Shown in pieces: positions 62,573 to 64,000 of a stretch of 64,000 nt of DNA; position 1 is the stretch's first letter; every line of letters starts with the position of its first letter. The notes below the pieces were generated by a model, which was not told where the DNA came from, ran no database searches, and was given only the letters and a program-made list of their open reading frames with translations. Location of the stretch: NCBI GenBank assembly GCA_000934665.2, contig KZ538323.1:1-64000 (forward strand), read 5' to 3'. A program made the translations under genes and the position numbers. The stretch comes from Catajapyx aquilonaris. Lineage: Eukaryota.

Positions 62573-64000
62573 CCAAGGATGTTTCTCCTCTGCTGTTGGA
62601 CTGACCCTAGTCTGATGGATCAGATTTTGCTAATCAATTTTTATACCGAGGTTCTATAGCCTCTGTTGTAGACTTATAGCCAGTCAGCCCCCCCTCCCGA
62701 TACGACCAAAAATCTCCAACACTGCTGTGAAAAAAAAATTAAAATAAAATAAAATATTTAAAAAAAAGTCAGACGTGACTGTGATAACAGCATTCCAATA
62801 TTTAGGTGGTGACTGGCCAGTTTTAATGAAGTAAAGGTATTAATAGGAAGTTGTTTGTATAGGAAAAAAAATGATTTCTGCTGCCAAATATTGTATAGGC
62901 TCTGCTGGAATTTTTTAAAAAAAGGTCGAGATGTGCTTCCCATGTAGATATTGCAATTTTTTTTTTTTAAAGAGTTGTTGGGAATTTATAGCGTTATGTA
63001 ATTTTAATTAGCCTTTTACATATCATTTTTGTGTGTTAAGTTTCGTTCCATTCAAAGTGCAAAACAATGCAGCAATGGTAAAATGCTTTGGTATATGAAA
63101 ACGCATTACCTGATCTTCCACTAGACACTGTATAGTGCATAACCGCAATTGGTAATTAACTCGCATTTGCAACAATGACAACTAATAGATGCATTTTGAT
63201 GCTGATCGATAGCGTTCATTAATTATAGCTGATTGCACAAATTATGTCAGTTAATAATGTGCATATGATTTGCATAAAATATTCTGGACCTGTCAGAATA
63301 ATATATCTTGTATATGCTTCATACTTTTCTAAAACCAAGATATTGATTGCATGTGTTTGGTATGTAAATTTTACTGTGCATTTTCATGGTGGAGATGACA
63401 AATTATTATGTAAGCAAACTGCCTAAATTCACGATAGTTAATGCAGTTTAAGTAATTACGAATTCCACACGAACACTTTCATTTTCATTCATGTCAAAAA
63501 TGTATGTAATGTTTTTGTGGTGATGCGTAAGGTCTGTTTTTTTTCATCTCATTACGTTAAGTAGGCTTATGTCCTGTAAAGATTTATTTTTTTAAAATTA
63601 TGACAGAATTGGATTCGCACATTTAATTACAAATTATTCGCACTTTCAGCTGTGTTTGAAATATTACCAGGGTAATTTATCGAACTCATTGTACACAATT
63701 TGCAAATAATTTAATATGTGATTTTGCGCTTTATGTATTTGCTTATTATAATATATAATAATCATCATGGAGCATTTATTATATGGTTGTAACGTTGAAC
63801 ACGAGCAGTATGTTCAGTTGCTGCAGACAATCAGAAATGAGTTGTAGAAATTTTGTGTGCGTCTTGTTAATAACTGTCATTATATTTTGAAGGGTTGACT
63901 TATGATGCGTTTTATTTATTACGAATCAAAAGTAACCCGCAGAATTATGTAAGTACCTGTGTACATAAACATAAATGTTACAATTACTTTCGTTTCACCT

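Overview
Eukaryotic, most likely arthropod/hexapod, genomic DNA with GT-AG introns (many only 50-80 nt). About 1-18.6 kb is transposon-dense. It holds the 3' end of an RTE-clade LINE with a nested Helitron-like insert, several SINE families with target-site duplications (TSDs), a short RTE 5'/3' bipartite retroposon with a structured RNA head, and hAT, Tc1/mariner and piggyBac MITEs. It also holds a 2.4-kb foldback-type element, a T-shaped double hairpin, degraded orphan-gene fragments, and an in-frame duplicate of the last CDC40 exon lying downstream of an HSE+TATA promoter-like module. About 18.9-62.6 kb is gene-rich: CDC40/PRP17 (-) head-to-head with SCAR/WAVE (+), then LDLRAP1/ARH (+), two tandem divergent F-box/LRR genes (+), a highly divergent importin-alpha-like gene (+) and a beta-1,4-N-acetylgalactosaminyltransferase (+). 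The importin-like gene lacks the IBB domain and the NLS-binding tryptophans and ends in a CaaX motif. Exon coordinates were derived by hand from splice signals and reading-frame continuity. Family assignments rest on recognised motifs, not database searches.
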